The notes under the pieces are model-generated. The model was not told the origin of the DNA and did not search any database. It worked only from the letters and a program-made list of their open reading frames with translations. Shown here piece by piece: positions 50,101 to 61,429 of a DNA stretch of 64,000 bases. Source of the DNA: Magallana gigas (Eukaryota). Every line of letters begins with the position of its first letter. Positions within the stretch are counted from its first letter, which is position 1. The position numbers and the translations under genes are program-made. The stretch is from positions 8,680,001-8,744,000 of the forward strand of contig NC_088854.1 of assembly GCF_963853765.1 (NCBI RefSeq), written 5' to 3'.

Positions 50101-53065
50101 ATCACCTCATAATACACAAAGAATGACTTTTTATTCCTTAAGACAATGATTGTGAAGACATGACCTCCAAGTAAATTCTCGCAATCAACTTTCTGATCTT
50201 TCTTTGATCATTTGATAAGAAAGATGTACATGTAGTTGATGATTATGAAACAACCCATTCCAATGAAAATTAAATGAATCACTTCAAGTAATTAAAGTCT
50301 AGTATCAAACACTTACCGGTAAGGAACTGTTCTTAAGTTTCAATCATCCTAAATAGATGTAGCTTCGTGGTCATACACCCTGCAAAAAATTACAATGTGA
50401 AAAGAATGCTGCAACTTGTGGTACCCGGTATATCGATACAACTTGTCAAATTCTGAAAGTACTAAATATTTTAATTCAACTTTCCTAAATTTTAGAGACA
50501 TACAAGGACGTCTTGTCCTTGTTTGGTCCAGATGAGGAGGAGGAAATCAGTGATGCAGAAACATTGACCACTTCCTCGGACAGTGAGGAAAGTTTGGATG
50601 ACGACTTTGAGGACCTGACTTACAACCTGAGCTCATCAGAGGAGTCAGACAAAGACCAGGTAAAAAAAAAAAAAAAAGCTCCTCAGACGTGTTAGACAAA
50701 GAAAAGGTACACAACTAAGCTCCTTGGAGTCAGAACACAAATTTGCTTTCCTCAGAGTTGACAGGGAAAGTACAGTAACTGAGATCCTAAGAAAAGTCAA
50801 TAAAGGGATGTAAAAAGTAATGACAAGTTAAAGCCCTCTTTTATTCTGTATTGAATCAAACTTTATAAAAATGATTCACAAGGTTTAAGACATTAAATGA
50901 CAGTAGAATTTGTTTCTTATATTTCACAGAATATTTATGTTACTTAAGTCTATCTCTTTCATATTTTCTAGTATATTTATTTGCAAATTAAAAAAAAAAA
51001 TGATTCAAGACTAATAGATTTTAATTTTTCTTAGACTTGCAGGCCAAGGGAGATGAGAAGGGGTTACCATGGGGATTTACAAAGCAGTCCAAGAATGGAG
51101 TCTTATTTCGCATCCTCAGAGGACAGCTCTGGTTATCATAGCTCAGAAATCCAGTCCAGTCTAATCAAAAGAAGCCAAATCCACAAACAGTACCGCCAAC
51201 CTGAAACCAACATCAGCTACCGGCAGATTCAAAACCACTTCCTGTCTGGTGACGCAGGCTTAGTGAGCATGAAACGCCCCAATTACCGTCAACAAATTCA
51301 GAACCTGTACAAGTCAAGTAGCAGAGAAAATTCAGGGAAGTCTGATAGAGACCTTGAAAAGAAACAGAGGGGAAGAAATTCTCTGTGCTTAGATGAATTT
51401 GAAGCTTCATTTAAAATGTCTCAGAGTATGATGACAAATGGAGCTTCAGAATATTGCAGTCAACCAGAACTTAAAGTAGGAACTCCGGGACTGAGCAATC
51501 AGCCTATGTCTTCCATTGAAAAGGTTACAAAGTGGATTTTGCCACCTCAGGAAGGGGGTGGAATAGACAGATACACTGTGAAGGCCAAGCGGAAACTTTC
51601 CATTCAGAAAGTGCCAGAATCAAGTGCAGAGAGTTTCAATAGAGAGAGTGAGCTATCTTCAATTGTGTCTAGTTCTTGTGGAAATTCTACCATCACCACA
51701 GAGAACTTATTACACCAAAATCAGATGAGGAATACTGAGTTTGATCAAGAAAGCATGTCAATAGGATGTAACAGTGTCAATTGTTTTTGTCAAAACAGAG
51801 GTGTTTGTAACTGTACAGATTGTGTTAACAAGTGTGACTCAAGGCAGCCTCAGCAGTTTGGAGATGATGATTGTGATAGTGGAGAAAGTATTTCTCAGTA
51901 TAATGAGTTTGGAAGTAGAAGTAGGACTTCAATGACATTTGCTTGTCCTTCAGGGGGTAATAATTCAGCATACAGTTTTCCACCTCAAGCTATTCCACTT
52001 TCACCAAGAACATCCACTGAAATATCAACATACCGACCTCAGCCAAGAACATTTACTGAAATATCCACATACCAACCCCAACCAAGAACATCCACTGAAA
52101 TATCCACATACCAACCTCAGCCAAGAATATTTACTGAAATATCCACATACCAACCCCAACCTAGAACATCCTCTAAAATATCCGCGTCCCAACCCCAACC
52201 AAAAACCTCTTTCTTTTCTCCCCAGAGAGCTCACAGTTGCCCGTCATCTCCACAGTCTGTTGGACTGTTTCCTGATCCGAGCAGCTCTCCGTCTTCATCA
52301 CTGGCAAGACTTCGCCTCTCCTCACCCAGATCTTCACCCAAAGCGTCACAAAACTATTACAGAAGACAGGCTGTGGAGGAGCACTCACCCCGCATACAGG
52401 CAACATGCAATGTTCCACCGGTATTCAAAGTTCCAAATGCTTTTCCATATGAAAGATCTCCATCAACCAAAAGAGTTTCACAAAGAACACTGATAGATGA
52501 AGGGGAAGGAGGACAGCAGCAGGTTGAAAGGGCTCGAGATAAGCATGTGAGGTCGAACTCTTGTGACAACAGGTCAAATCGTAGATTTAGATCTCAATTT
52601 AATGACAAGCCTGATTGGATGAATTTTGATGGACAGTATCGAGTTTTCCATAGAAAAAATCTGGATAGCAGTCTTTCAAGAAGAGTTTGTGGTGAATATC
52701 AACAAGAAGAAATGGAGAGTGGACAACAACTGAAAACTGGCTATCCTCTCCAGTCACTGCCCAGAGAACTTGTGTCTGTCGGAAAGACCAAGCCTAAGTG
52801 TTTAGGAAGCTTATTTTCACCCCAGAGGCCCAGTTTCACTCTCAAAAATAGAGACACGCGTAATGAAATGATCTCAGATAGGGGGGATCACTGGAACCAA
52901 ACTAGGCAAGAGCATTCAAAGATTTCATCCGAGATTCCATGTCGCAAGAACTTACAAAGCACACCAAAGAAAAGGAACTGTGAACTTGTACTAGACACTT
53001 CTCTTTCAACTATTAATCCAAATGTAGATAGTTCAAGTGATGAAGATGAAGTCATTTTAATTTAA
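44114..53065 (+). CDS. About 896-aa mostly disordered protein with an N-terminal Scm3/HJURP-like (CENP-A chaperone) motif, 7 exons
   Basis: Exons 44114-44197, 44308-44374, 46662-46751, 48987-49039, 49391-49592, 50496-50659 and 51035-53065 all have GT-AG ends with matching phases (0,1,1,0,1,0). The N-terminus reads MAGALKYMSDHENRLQRFKSNLLYIFDKYENCEDDDTEIDLRDLSLHRGRKQFIRSKTKGFG. Gene model confidence is high; family assignment is moderate. Confidence 0.7.
45092..46007. mobile_element. Kolobok-like non-autonomous DNA element with TTAA target duplication, containing a nested MITE
   Basis: Ends ttaaaggga... and ...tcctttaa. The two flanks rejoin as gagg-ttaa-tagacacttg, matching the local repeat unit gagg-gtaa-cagacccttg. 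Confidence 0.6.
45251..45416. mobile_element. pogo/Tigger-type MITE nested in the element above
   Basis: Left end ta-cagtcaaactttgatatctcg versus right end cgagatatcgaagttcaactg-ta. Confidence 0.7.
46085..46325. repeat. Degenerate tandem repeat of about 60 bp (aaacagggtaacaagggttacgagggtaacagacccttgtat)
   Basis: About 4 copies, plus an interrupted copy at 45066-45091. Confidence 0.75.
47950..48909 (-). mobile_element. HINE-like element in reverse orientation carrying a third satellite of about 165 bp (x5)
   Basis: Right end is ...catctcttgtt (aacaagag on the minus strand), left end tttta plus a hairpin-like GC stretch and gtct microsatellite remnant; the monomer gaaatgaaatttggtatacaggtttatcatgataatatctagg recurs about every 165 bp. 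Confidence 0.75.
50003..50140. repeat. Long imperfect hairpin element
   Basis: aggaatcattctttg..tattatgaggtgatcaaatatg / catatttgatcacctcataata..caaagaatga..ttcct are inverted arms with a central aagcc-tttg-ggctt stem-loop. Confidence 0.75.
52004..52210 (+). repeat. Coding 39-bp tandem repeat x5 (PRTSTEISTYQPQ)
   Basis: Visible in both DNA and translation of the large final exon. Confidence 0.9.
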
Positions 53066-53614
53066 GGAATTGTTTTTCATTCTAGTGAAAGTATTGCAAA
53101 ATGAAATTACTGCTGAAATAAATCATGTTGAAACCATCAGGTGTTTTTTGTTTTCTTTTATCATCGACTATAAAATGACTTTTCTTTAATAGGTAGTAAA
53201 GCTGCCCATCTCTAAGTGACTGTAATTTATATGTAGTTAAATACTTTCATCCACAATAAAATTTCAAGATGTCACTTACCATTCTAAATTAATTGGAAGT
53301 CTTGTATTTCAAAAAGTTTATTGTGTAACTTAAAATTTTTAAAGGAGGTACATGAGTCTTTAGAAATTTGTTTTTAAAATAGTTAAAATGTTTTTATCCT
53401 AACAGAAAAATTTAAATGAAGCTAGAGTTGTTTCCCTTAGAGCTGCATCAAGTTTAAATGTCCTGACAGTGTTATATATAGCAACAGAATAAACAGAGTT
53501 ATGATATTGGTAAGAACACACAATGCCAAAATGGACTCTCATTTTGAAATGACTGGGACTGTGTAGTGGCCTTCAACAGAGACAGTAATGTGACACAAGT
53601 AAAAGTATCATGCA

Positions 53615-55522
53615 ATGGGCTGTTCCTGTTCCTCGAACTCGGGTATGAAGTAATCTATATTGTATTGATTGGCAGTTATATCTGTATTGATTGGCAGTTA
53701 TATCATACATCCCAATACTGACTTACTTGTGTAATTTTTGAGTGACTTTTGTTTGTATAAATTTCCAAATGAGTAACACTGAAAATGTAAATGTTTATAC
53801 ATTTAGATACCAGGTAATTAAATAATGGAATGGTTGTAATTCATATTTGAAAATAGCTAGAATACTTTAGACAAGTACAAAATGTTACATATATGTATAT
53901 TGAAGTAGCACCGTAAATAATTGATCATTTCCATGTATTTTGTGTTTACCCCATGTATTTTGGTTGTCTTTTTTCTGAATACCGGTAACTCCTTTATTCA
54001 TATAATTATGTAAACATACATAATGCATTTGTTCTGTAGATCCCACAGTTCCTCGTCCAGCAATGAACTCTTACCCCCGCAGTCAGGGAGTTGAAACAAG
54101 GTGGATACAGCCAGGTAAATGGGCATGTAACAGGACCAGCAAATACTCCCCAGTCCACACCCCACCCCCAAAAAAGTCCCCCTCCCAATGAGATCAGCCT
54201 TTTTTAAAATTTTCCCAATAATATAATGATTTTAGGGACTTGGAGTATGATATTATATATGTTTGTAGTTATCCATATGTTTAATTGTCTCTTATTAAAT
54301 ACAGTTCCACATAAACACAGTTTTAATCTCGAGTATAAACTTTGCCTTTAAATGGTAGATGTAATCTAGGTGACACAATCCCTACAACAATCCTTTTGAT
54401 TATATTGAGAGAAGAAGCATTGAACATTTCCTACTGGTAGATATTTAAAGAACAAACAAACATGTTTTAAAATCTTTTTTGATATTGTTTCGTTTATGAA
54501 ATAATTAAAATTTGAGTCAACACAAATTCTAACAAAATAAATTTGTAACAACTGAGTCTTGAAACTTCTCAACATTGATCAATGTTGTATCAAAAATTAA
54601 TCATAGAAATTAATATACCAGGTTTGCGCTTTGCTTATATCAGATTGAGACTAATTTTGATTATGGCAAGAGAAAAAAAGGTTTTTTAAATGCACAGACT
54701 GTACATTCATGTATGTTTGAATGTTTTTCTTCTTCCTGGTTTCAGATCAACCTATGACCTTGCCTCCATCTGGGCACAATATAAGAAACAGCAGAAATGA
54801 AGATATGGTTATAGCAGGTTTGTTACCCTTCATGTGGGCTTTTTGTGTTTAATCCGAAGTGTTTAGGGTAAATCCAGTTGATTGCAGCTTTTATACCCCC
54901 AACCCCCTCCTTTTTGAGTTAAATAGCTGAAATGTAAAAGTTTGTGATAATGGAATGCTTTGATTTATCAATGATATATTTTTGTTCGTGATTTATGCAG
55001 TAACTAAGGTCGCAATATTGGAGAGGAAATACATAACTGGTACATGTATAAGCATGTGATGTAATTTTATTCTGCAATGATTTCTACCTTCATAACCTGC
55101 ATGAATCATCAAAGAAAGCATTTTATTGTTTATATTTACTTTTTTCTTTTAACAAAATTGTTAATGTACATCAATACGTTAGATAGAAGAAATAGCCAAT
55201 TATTCTTACATGGGAATTAGAGTCTGGGGCATCAACTTGAATATTTCCTACAGTCTGTGAAATTGTTTTTAGCCTGCTGAAGGTTTCAACCGACCAATAA
55301 ACTGGTTAGAACTGGATCATGTATATTTCAGCCCTGTCAGTTTTTCTAGAGCTCAGTGAATGTAAATATTACACATATTTCAAATTATTTGTCAGTTTTA
55401 CATAGCGGCAATTTTTTTCTATTTTAGCGGCGGCAATGATGCATCATGGGGGTTATGGACACATGCATGGATTCGGTCCAAGACTGTACAACCCCATGGA
55501 AGGAGATTATGGACTTCTGTGA
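53615..55522 (+). CDS. 89-aa microprotein with an N-terminal MGCSCSS acylation motif, 4 exons
   Basis: Exons 53615-53642, 54040-54114, 54746-54817 and 55428-55522 are all phase 1 with canonical sites. They give MGCSCSSNSDPTVPRPAMNSYPRSQGVETRWIQPDQPMTLPPSGHNIRNSRNEDMVIAAAAMMHHGGYGHMHGFGPRLYNPMEGDYGLL*; AATAAA overlaps the stop. Confidence 0.7.
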
Positions 55523-58500
55523 ATAAACAACCTTTAATAAACATGCTTACAAGCTGAAGCATATTGCAAATTACCTCAGAACATCATATGTATCATGTTA
55601 TATAGAAAGATTTATAATACGTTACATGGATCATGCAGTCACCCACATAACTGGAAATGGCAATGCATTCTTACTAATTTGTTTCGAACAATCATGTGTT
55701 ATTTGCATCATGAATACTGGTAGATTTAATTTGATATGAGTTAGCAATTATTTGAGATTATGTAAGTCTTAACTTTCTTTTGATTTACCATATTTTTTGT
55801 TGTGGCAATAACTGAATGTTATTGAAAAATATTTTTCAATATGATATTATTTGCAGTATGTATGTGTCAAGTTTTCAACATTGATCAGTATTAAAATCAT
55901 GTTTTGACATGAAAGATGGAATTCAAAATTCAACACACAATATGGAATTTATAGATTAACACAGTAATTAAATACCAATGTGACATGAGAAATGATAAAT
56001 ATTATGATGCTGACAACATATAGAGCTATTTGATATATCCAAATCAACACCTGTACTTTAGCACATCAAACCTTTGTTGTGATTAAAGCCCATTTGCTAG
56101 TAATATATATTATAACAATGTGTAAGGTTGACAGAACAGAAATACCTGTCTTGTTTATGTCAAATTATGTAACTGCAGTCTGACAATCACGTGTTGTGTT
56201 AGCTAGTCTCTAAAAAATGACGGGAAAAATTATAAACCATTCCTTGATGCAAAGCTGTCTTATTTCTTTTACATTTATTTCTGTTTTCAATGAAGAATAC
56301 TTAAAACAGTTACATATGTTTTCTTTCTTTCATTTGATTTAAGTTTTGGGTTTTTTTTTATATATCAGGCTTACAAGTTATTCAATTAACATATGGACTC
56401 AATGTCTACCAAAGTTGTTCAAGTATAACCTGGGTTGGGGAAGTTTATGCTTTATGCTGAACAATATGTGTTAGACATTAAAGTTATGAAAGAAAAAGTG
56501 AATAAAATTGTTGAGGGTTTTTTTTTGTTACTTCTGGAGAAAGTTTGTCCAAAGATGTAGATTTACCACCCATTTTCAGTTTTTCTTATATCAATTTTTT
56601 GAGTTTTTGTTGTTGAAAAAAGAAAAATATTAGACTCTGTATAATTAATCTGTTATCATGAGTTTTTCTGGATTAAAGTGTGTAGGTCCATTTCATATGT
56701 ATCACTGACCTTGCTCAGGTAATTATAAAAGGTCATGGTCATACAGGTAATGAGGTATCTTGTCCTTTTGCTATGAATCATGGTTGCCATTATAATTGTC
56801 TTAATTTCTCCACATAGCATTCCAATAATGTCTTGGGGATAAAATTGATATCTGCATATCGGGAGTTTTTTAATATGAAAATTGAGAATCATTGGATGCT
56901 CCTTGTTGGATGCTTTCATATTTTAATAGGAAGCTATCTTCAATCTCTTGGATCTAACAGGCTTTGATAATTTGTATTTACGCAGTACTGTATCTTTTTT
57001 TTTTAATACCGGTATTTGAGAAGATGAATGAATTTGAGATCCAGAATAAGACAGATATTAGATGACTATAAACATTAATGGTAATTCATCGGACCAATCA
57101 AAAACAGCAGAAAGAGAGTAATGTTTTAAAATCAATGTAATATAAAATCTCAACAAAAAAATAGATTATGTAAACTTTCAATGTTATCAGTAGAGAAATG
57201 TCTGTCTTGAAGATATTGCCCAGGATGGTTTAATAAGATCATATCCAAGAGGTTGAATATTTCATTTTTTATATCTCCCTCTCAAAAAAAAAATATAATT
57301 ACATTTATTTCATAATGTATGTTCACATATTGGCAAGATGCCAAAAATTTTCATTCTTTTGACTTTGGATATAAAGAGGGGTGCCTTTAACTAGCCTGCA
57401 CATCAATCAAACATTGTGAATTGTAAAATGCCTTTTCATATGCTGAGTTTAATTAAAGGAATAAGCCATGCAAGAACACATTTTGTATCCTACAACAGTT
57501 TTTGCATTGGCATGGGTTACAGCAATGATCCATCATTATCACATGGAATGAAAAGTTCACTTGGAAGTGGGTAATGTTAACTGTATACTTAAATGATGAT
57601 TTCTTCAAGAATACCGGTAGATAGCTTGAAGGTTAGATGAAGAATTAAACTCGGTTCAGATATGAAATACCAACTGATGCGTATATTCATACACATATAT
57701 GTCAGAGCCCAATTAATTGTCTTCCCTCTCAATAGTCAGAAAATAAATGTTATTTATATATATGTGAAGGACGGTCTAAGTGCTGATGTTTTTGTTTGTG
57801 AATGATATTGCTGTGTTGGTCTATTAGTACAGGCACCTGTTGCTTACAGACATAAGTTCCTTACCCTTCTGCCACCACTGAACTTTGGTTGCAGGTCAAG
57901 AGCCTCAGTTTGGAATTAACCCAGGTTTTAATGCATTAACTCTGAAGAAAGGATGTTCACTTGAGGAAATAAGACAGTTATGGGGGGTTTTAATTTCAAT
58001 TTTGTGTTTGTTGATACATATATGTATAAAGCGTTGTTGAATGAATAATGTATATAATTACTCTTGTACATGAACATTGTACAAAAATAGGTGATTGCAA
58101 TTTTTATACTAGCTTAATACAGATGCATGTACATACACAAATAAACCAAAAAACCCATCATTTTCCAGCTTAAGTTCATTGAGGCATTCAATCCATGAGT
58201 CGATCATTCAGGCAATTTAATAAAACAAATCAATAAGTTCATCTTTAGGTCAACAAATAGAGTAGCAGAATGATCTTGGTTGCTTTGCTTTAATAAGGCA
58301 AACTTGATTTAAACAGTCATTTAAAAGAGGCCTGTGGGTCTTATCACTCACTTGGGTAACAGTTGTACTTCTTAAATTCAGCTCCATTTGTTGTTGATAC
58401 CTTGCCTTTGAGGAGTTGGAACAGCTAGAGGTTTCATGTTTGGTGTAACTGAGGTTTAATGATACCAAAGAATAACTTGAAATGAACTGTATTAAAATTT

Positions 58501-59129
58501 ATAAGACCTAGCGCTGTTTACATAGGATCACTATAGTATATCATTATAACTAAGGTGATGAGTTATGGTACACTGAAAAGGTGATATAAGAAGTCAAAAG
58601 TTTCATTACTAGGGAGAAAATGCTTGGTAAATTAAAATTTACTCTTCAAGATGCATTAATTGTCAATTTCAGCTGGGTGGACTGAGACAATATACTACTC
58701 ACTCAGATAAAGTGCCTTGTCTCAGGTCACAGCTCAGAACACCAAATGACCACAGCGGTGCTTACACCAGCGACATTTGGGTTATCGCCTATGGCAACTA
58801 AGCTTTGTGCTCTCAAGATGCATTAAAATAAAGGAAAAGTCATCAATTGTTAGAGCAGCAATGAAAAGTTGGAGGTTTTCTCCTTGTAGGAAGATATAAA
58901 GGAAGAATGAAACATATTTAGTGTCATGTTTTACCAACTGTGAGATGGTGAGAGATGTTGATAATCTATTCAGATGTGGTGTAGACAGAGTTTCATTCTC
59001 TAGGCATGACATAAAGACAGAGGATCATTCTTTAGCTACATGGGATTGAAGTTAGGGTCATACAATAGCAGCACCACTGAGATAATAGATAGTAACTCTC
59101 TAAAAGCAAAGTATATCTAGAGGTTATCC

Positions 59130-60620
59130 TCTAGCAATGAGATGTAAACAGCTAGAACCATGAAATAAAAACAAAGGATTATTTTCCAGCCATGAGGTGG
59201 AGAACAAAGGTTCATTTTCCCTCTCTCCATGAGTAAAAAACCATGGTTCATTGACTCTAGCCGTAAGGTGAAGACGGGTTTATTTTCTAGCCATGAGATG
59301 AAGACAAAGGTTAATATTTTGGCCATGAGATAAAGATGAAGGTTCATTCTCTAGCCATATGTTAAAGATAGAGGTTCATTCACTAGTCGTTAGATGAAGA
59401 TGCAGGCCCCTTCTATAGCAATGAGGTGAGGACGGAGGTTCATTCTCTAAATTTATGGGATGAAGATCGAGGTTCATTCACTAGCCATGAGATAAAGATT
59501 AAAGTTAAGTTTCTAGAAATGAAGTGAAGATGGAAAGATAGAGGTTCATTCTCTAGCCATCAGGAAAGGATGGATGCTCTTTCTCTAACCATGAGGTGAA
59601 GATTAATGTTCATGCTCTAGCTATAAGGTGAAAAAGGAGGTTCATTCTGACGATGGAGGTTCATTCTCTAGCCATGAGGTGGAGACAGAGGAGACACTGA
59701 GGTAACAGTGGCTAACTCTAGCAGTAAGGTGGATACAGAGCTATCCTTGATGTGAAGATGGGGGTTCATTTTCAATCCATTATAGATAAAAACAGAGAGT
59801 TTTTTAGTCTAGTCATGAGGTGAGGATGGAGGTTCATTTTCTAGCTATGAGGTGAAGAGTGGGGTTCATTCTCTAGCCATAAGGTAAAAATCAAGGTTCA
59901 TTCTAATGATGGAGGTTCATTCTCTAACCATAGGGTTAAGAGTGAGCTTCATATTTTATTCATAAGGTGAAGGGTGTAAATGGAGGTTCATTCTCTAGTT
60001 ATGATGTGAGGATCGAGGTTCATTCTCTAGCTATGAGGTGTAGATGGAATTTCATTCTCTAGCAATGAGGTGAAGAGTGAGGTTCATTCTCTAGCTATGA
60101 GGTGAAGATTAATGTTCATTCTCTAGCCATAAGGCAAACATGGAGATTCATTCTAACAATGGAGGTTCATTCTCTAGTCATGAGTTGAGGATGGAGGTTC
60201 ATTCTCTAGCTATGAGGTGAATAGTGAGGTTCATTCTCTAGCTATAAGTTGTAGATGGAAGTTCCTTCTCTAGCCATGAGGTGAAGATTAATGTTCATTC
60301 TCTAGCCATTAGGTGAAAATGGAGGTTCATTCTGACGATGGAGGTTCATTCTCTAGCCATGAGGTGAAAATGGAGGTTCATTCTGACGATGGAGGTTCAT
60401 TCTCTAGCCATGAGGTGGAGACAGAGGAGACACTGAGGTAACAGTGGCTAACTCTAGCAGTAAGGTGGATACAGAGCTATCCTTGATGTGAAGATGGGGG
60501 TTCATTTTCAATCCATTATAGATAAAAACAAAGAGTTTCATATTAATAGTTCTAGCCATGAGGAGATTAGAGACAGGTTCATTCACAAGCCGTAGCAATG
60601 AGGTAACAGAGGTTAACTTA
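59130..60620. repeat. Degenerate minisatellite of about 31 bp (gatggaggttcattctctagccatgaggtgaa) with an internal higher-order duplication
   Basis: More than 40 degenerate units; block about 59645-59805 is repeated almost exactly at about 60385-60540. Confidence 0.88.
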
Positions 60621-61429
60621 GCAGTAAGGTTCCCTAGCTTTGAGGTGGATATACTTATAAGTAAATTTTCTAGCAGTGAGGTGCCAGTCGAGTCATTTTT
60701 CGCAACAAGGTGAGTCAGGTTTTAATCTTTAACCAGTGAAGGGGAGGCAGGAGAAAAAATTCCATAGCAGTGAGGTGACTGAGAGATGTTATTGCAGAGT
60801 GTCATCATGATTAAGTCTAAAAGATACAATTTGGTAAAAACTCAAGATCTTTTGTCTAAATAAAACAATTGTCAATTGACAATTTATACTTCAAGATGTA
60901 AATTGTTGCATAGTAGTGATGGAGACATAATGATATAAGGTAAGAGGAATTAGTAAGTCTCTTGCATATGTACAACACTGTGTGTAATGGTCATGCAATC
61001 ATATCACATAATTGATTCATGTTAAATATAATTTCTTTTTTTTCTTGTACATCTGAAATAAAATTAATTTATCAAAATACTAACTCCCTCATTCCCCCAA
61101 GTATTTATACAGACGGACATATCCATGTTTTTACTCGTCCACTACTTATGTCCAGAAAAAATACCCCCCACAATCTCTTCCGAGATTCGCACATGTATGC
61201 GCAAATACAAAAAAATTGTATAATACTGTCATTTAATTATTATAAATAAAAATGTAAAATTCTACATGTTGAATACCTCACACTCGCACACGTGCTCTCA
61301 AAGTCTGTGACGTAGCGGAAATTTTCCCGGCGAGTGAATAAAGGAGATCGATTTCGTTGAGCTATAGTTGGTGAGCGAGGAAGGAAAGCACACGTGTTTC
61401 TTGGCGCTCCTTTAAACTGAAAAATAATA

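Noticed and set aside
51939-52493. 184-aa alternative-frame ORF (and antisense ORFs) over the coding repeat
   Set aside because: Explained by the stop-poor 39-bp repeat; there is no independent start or splice support.
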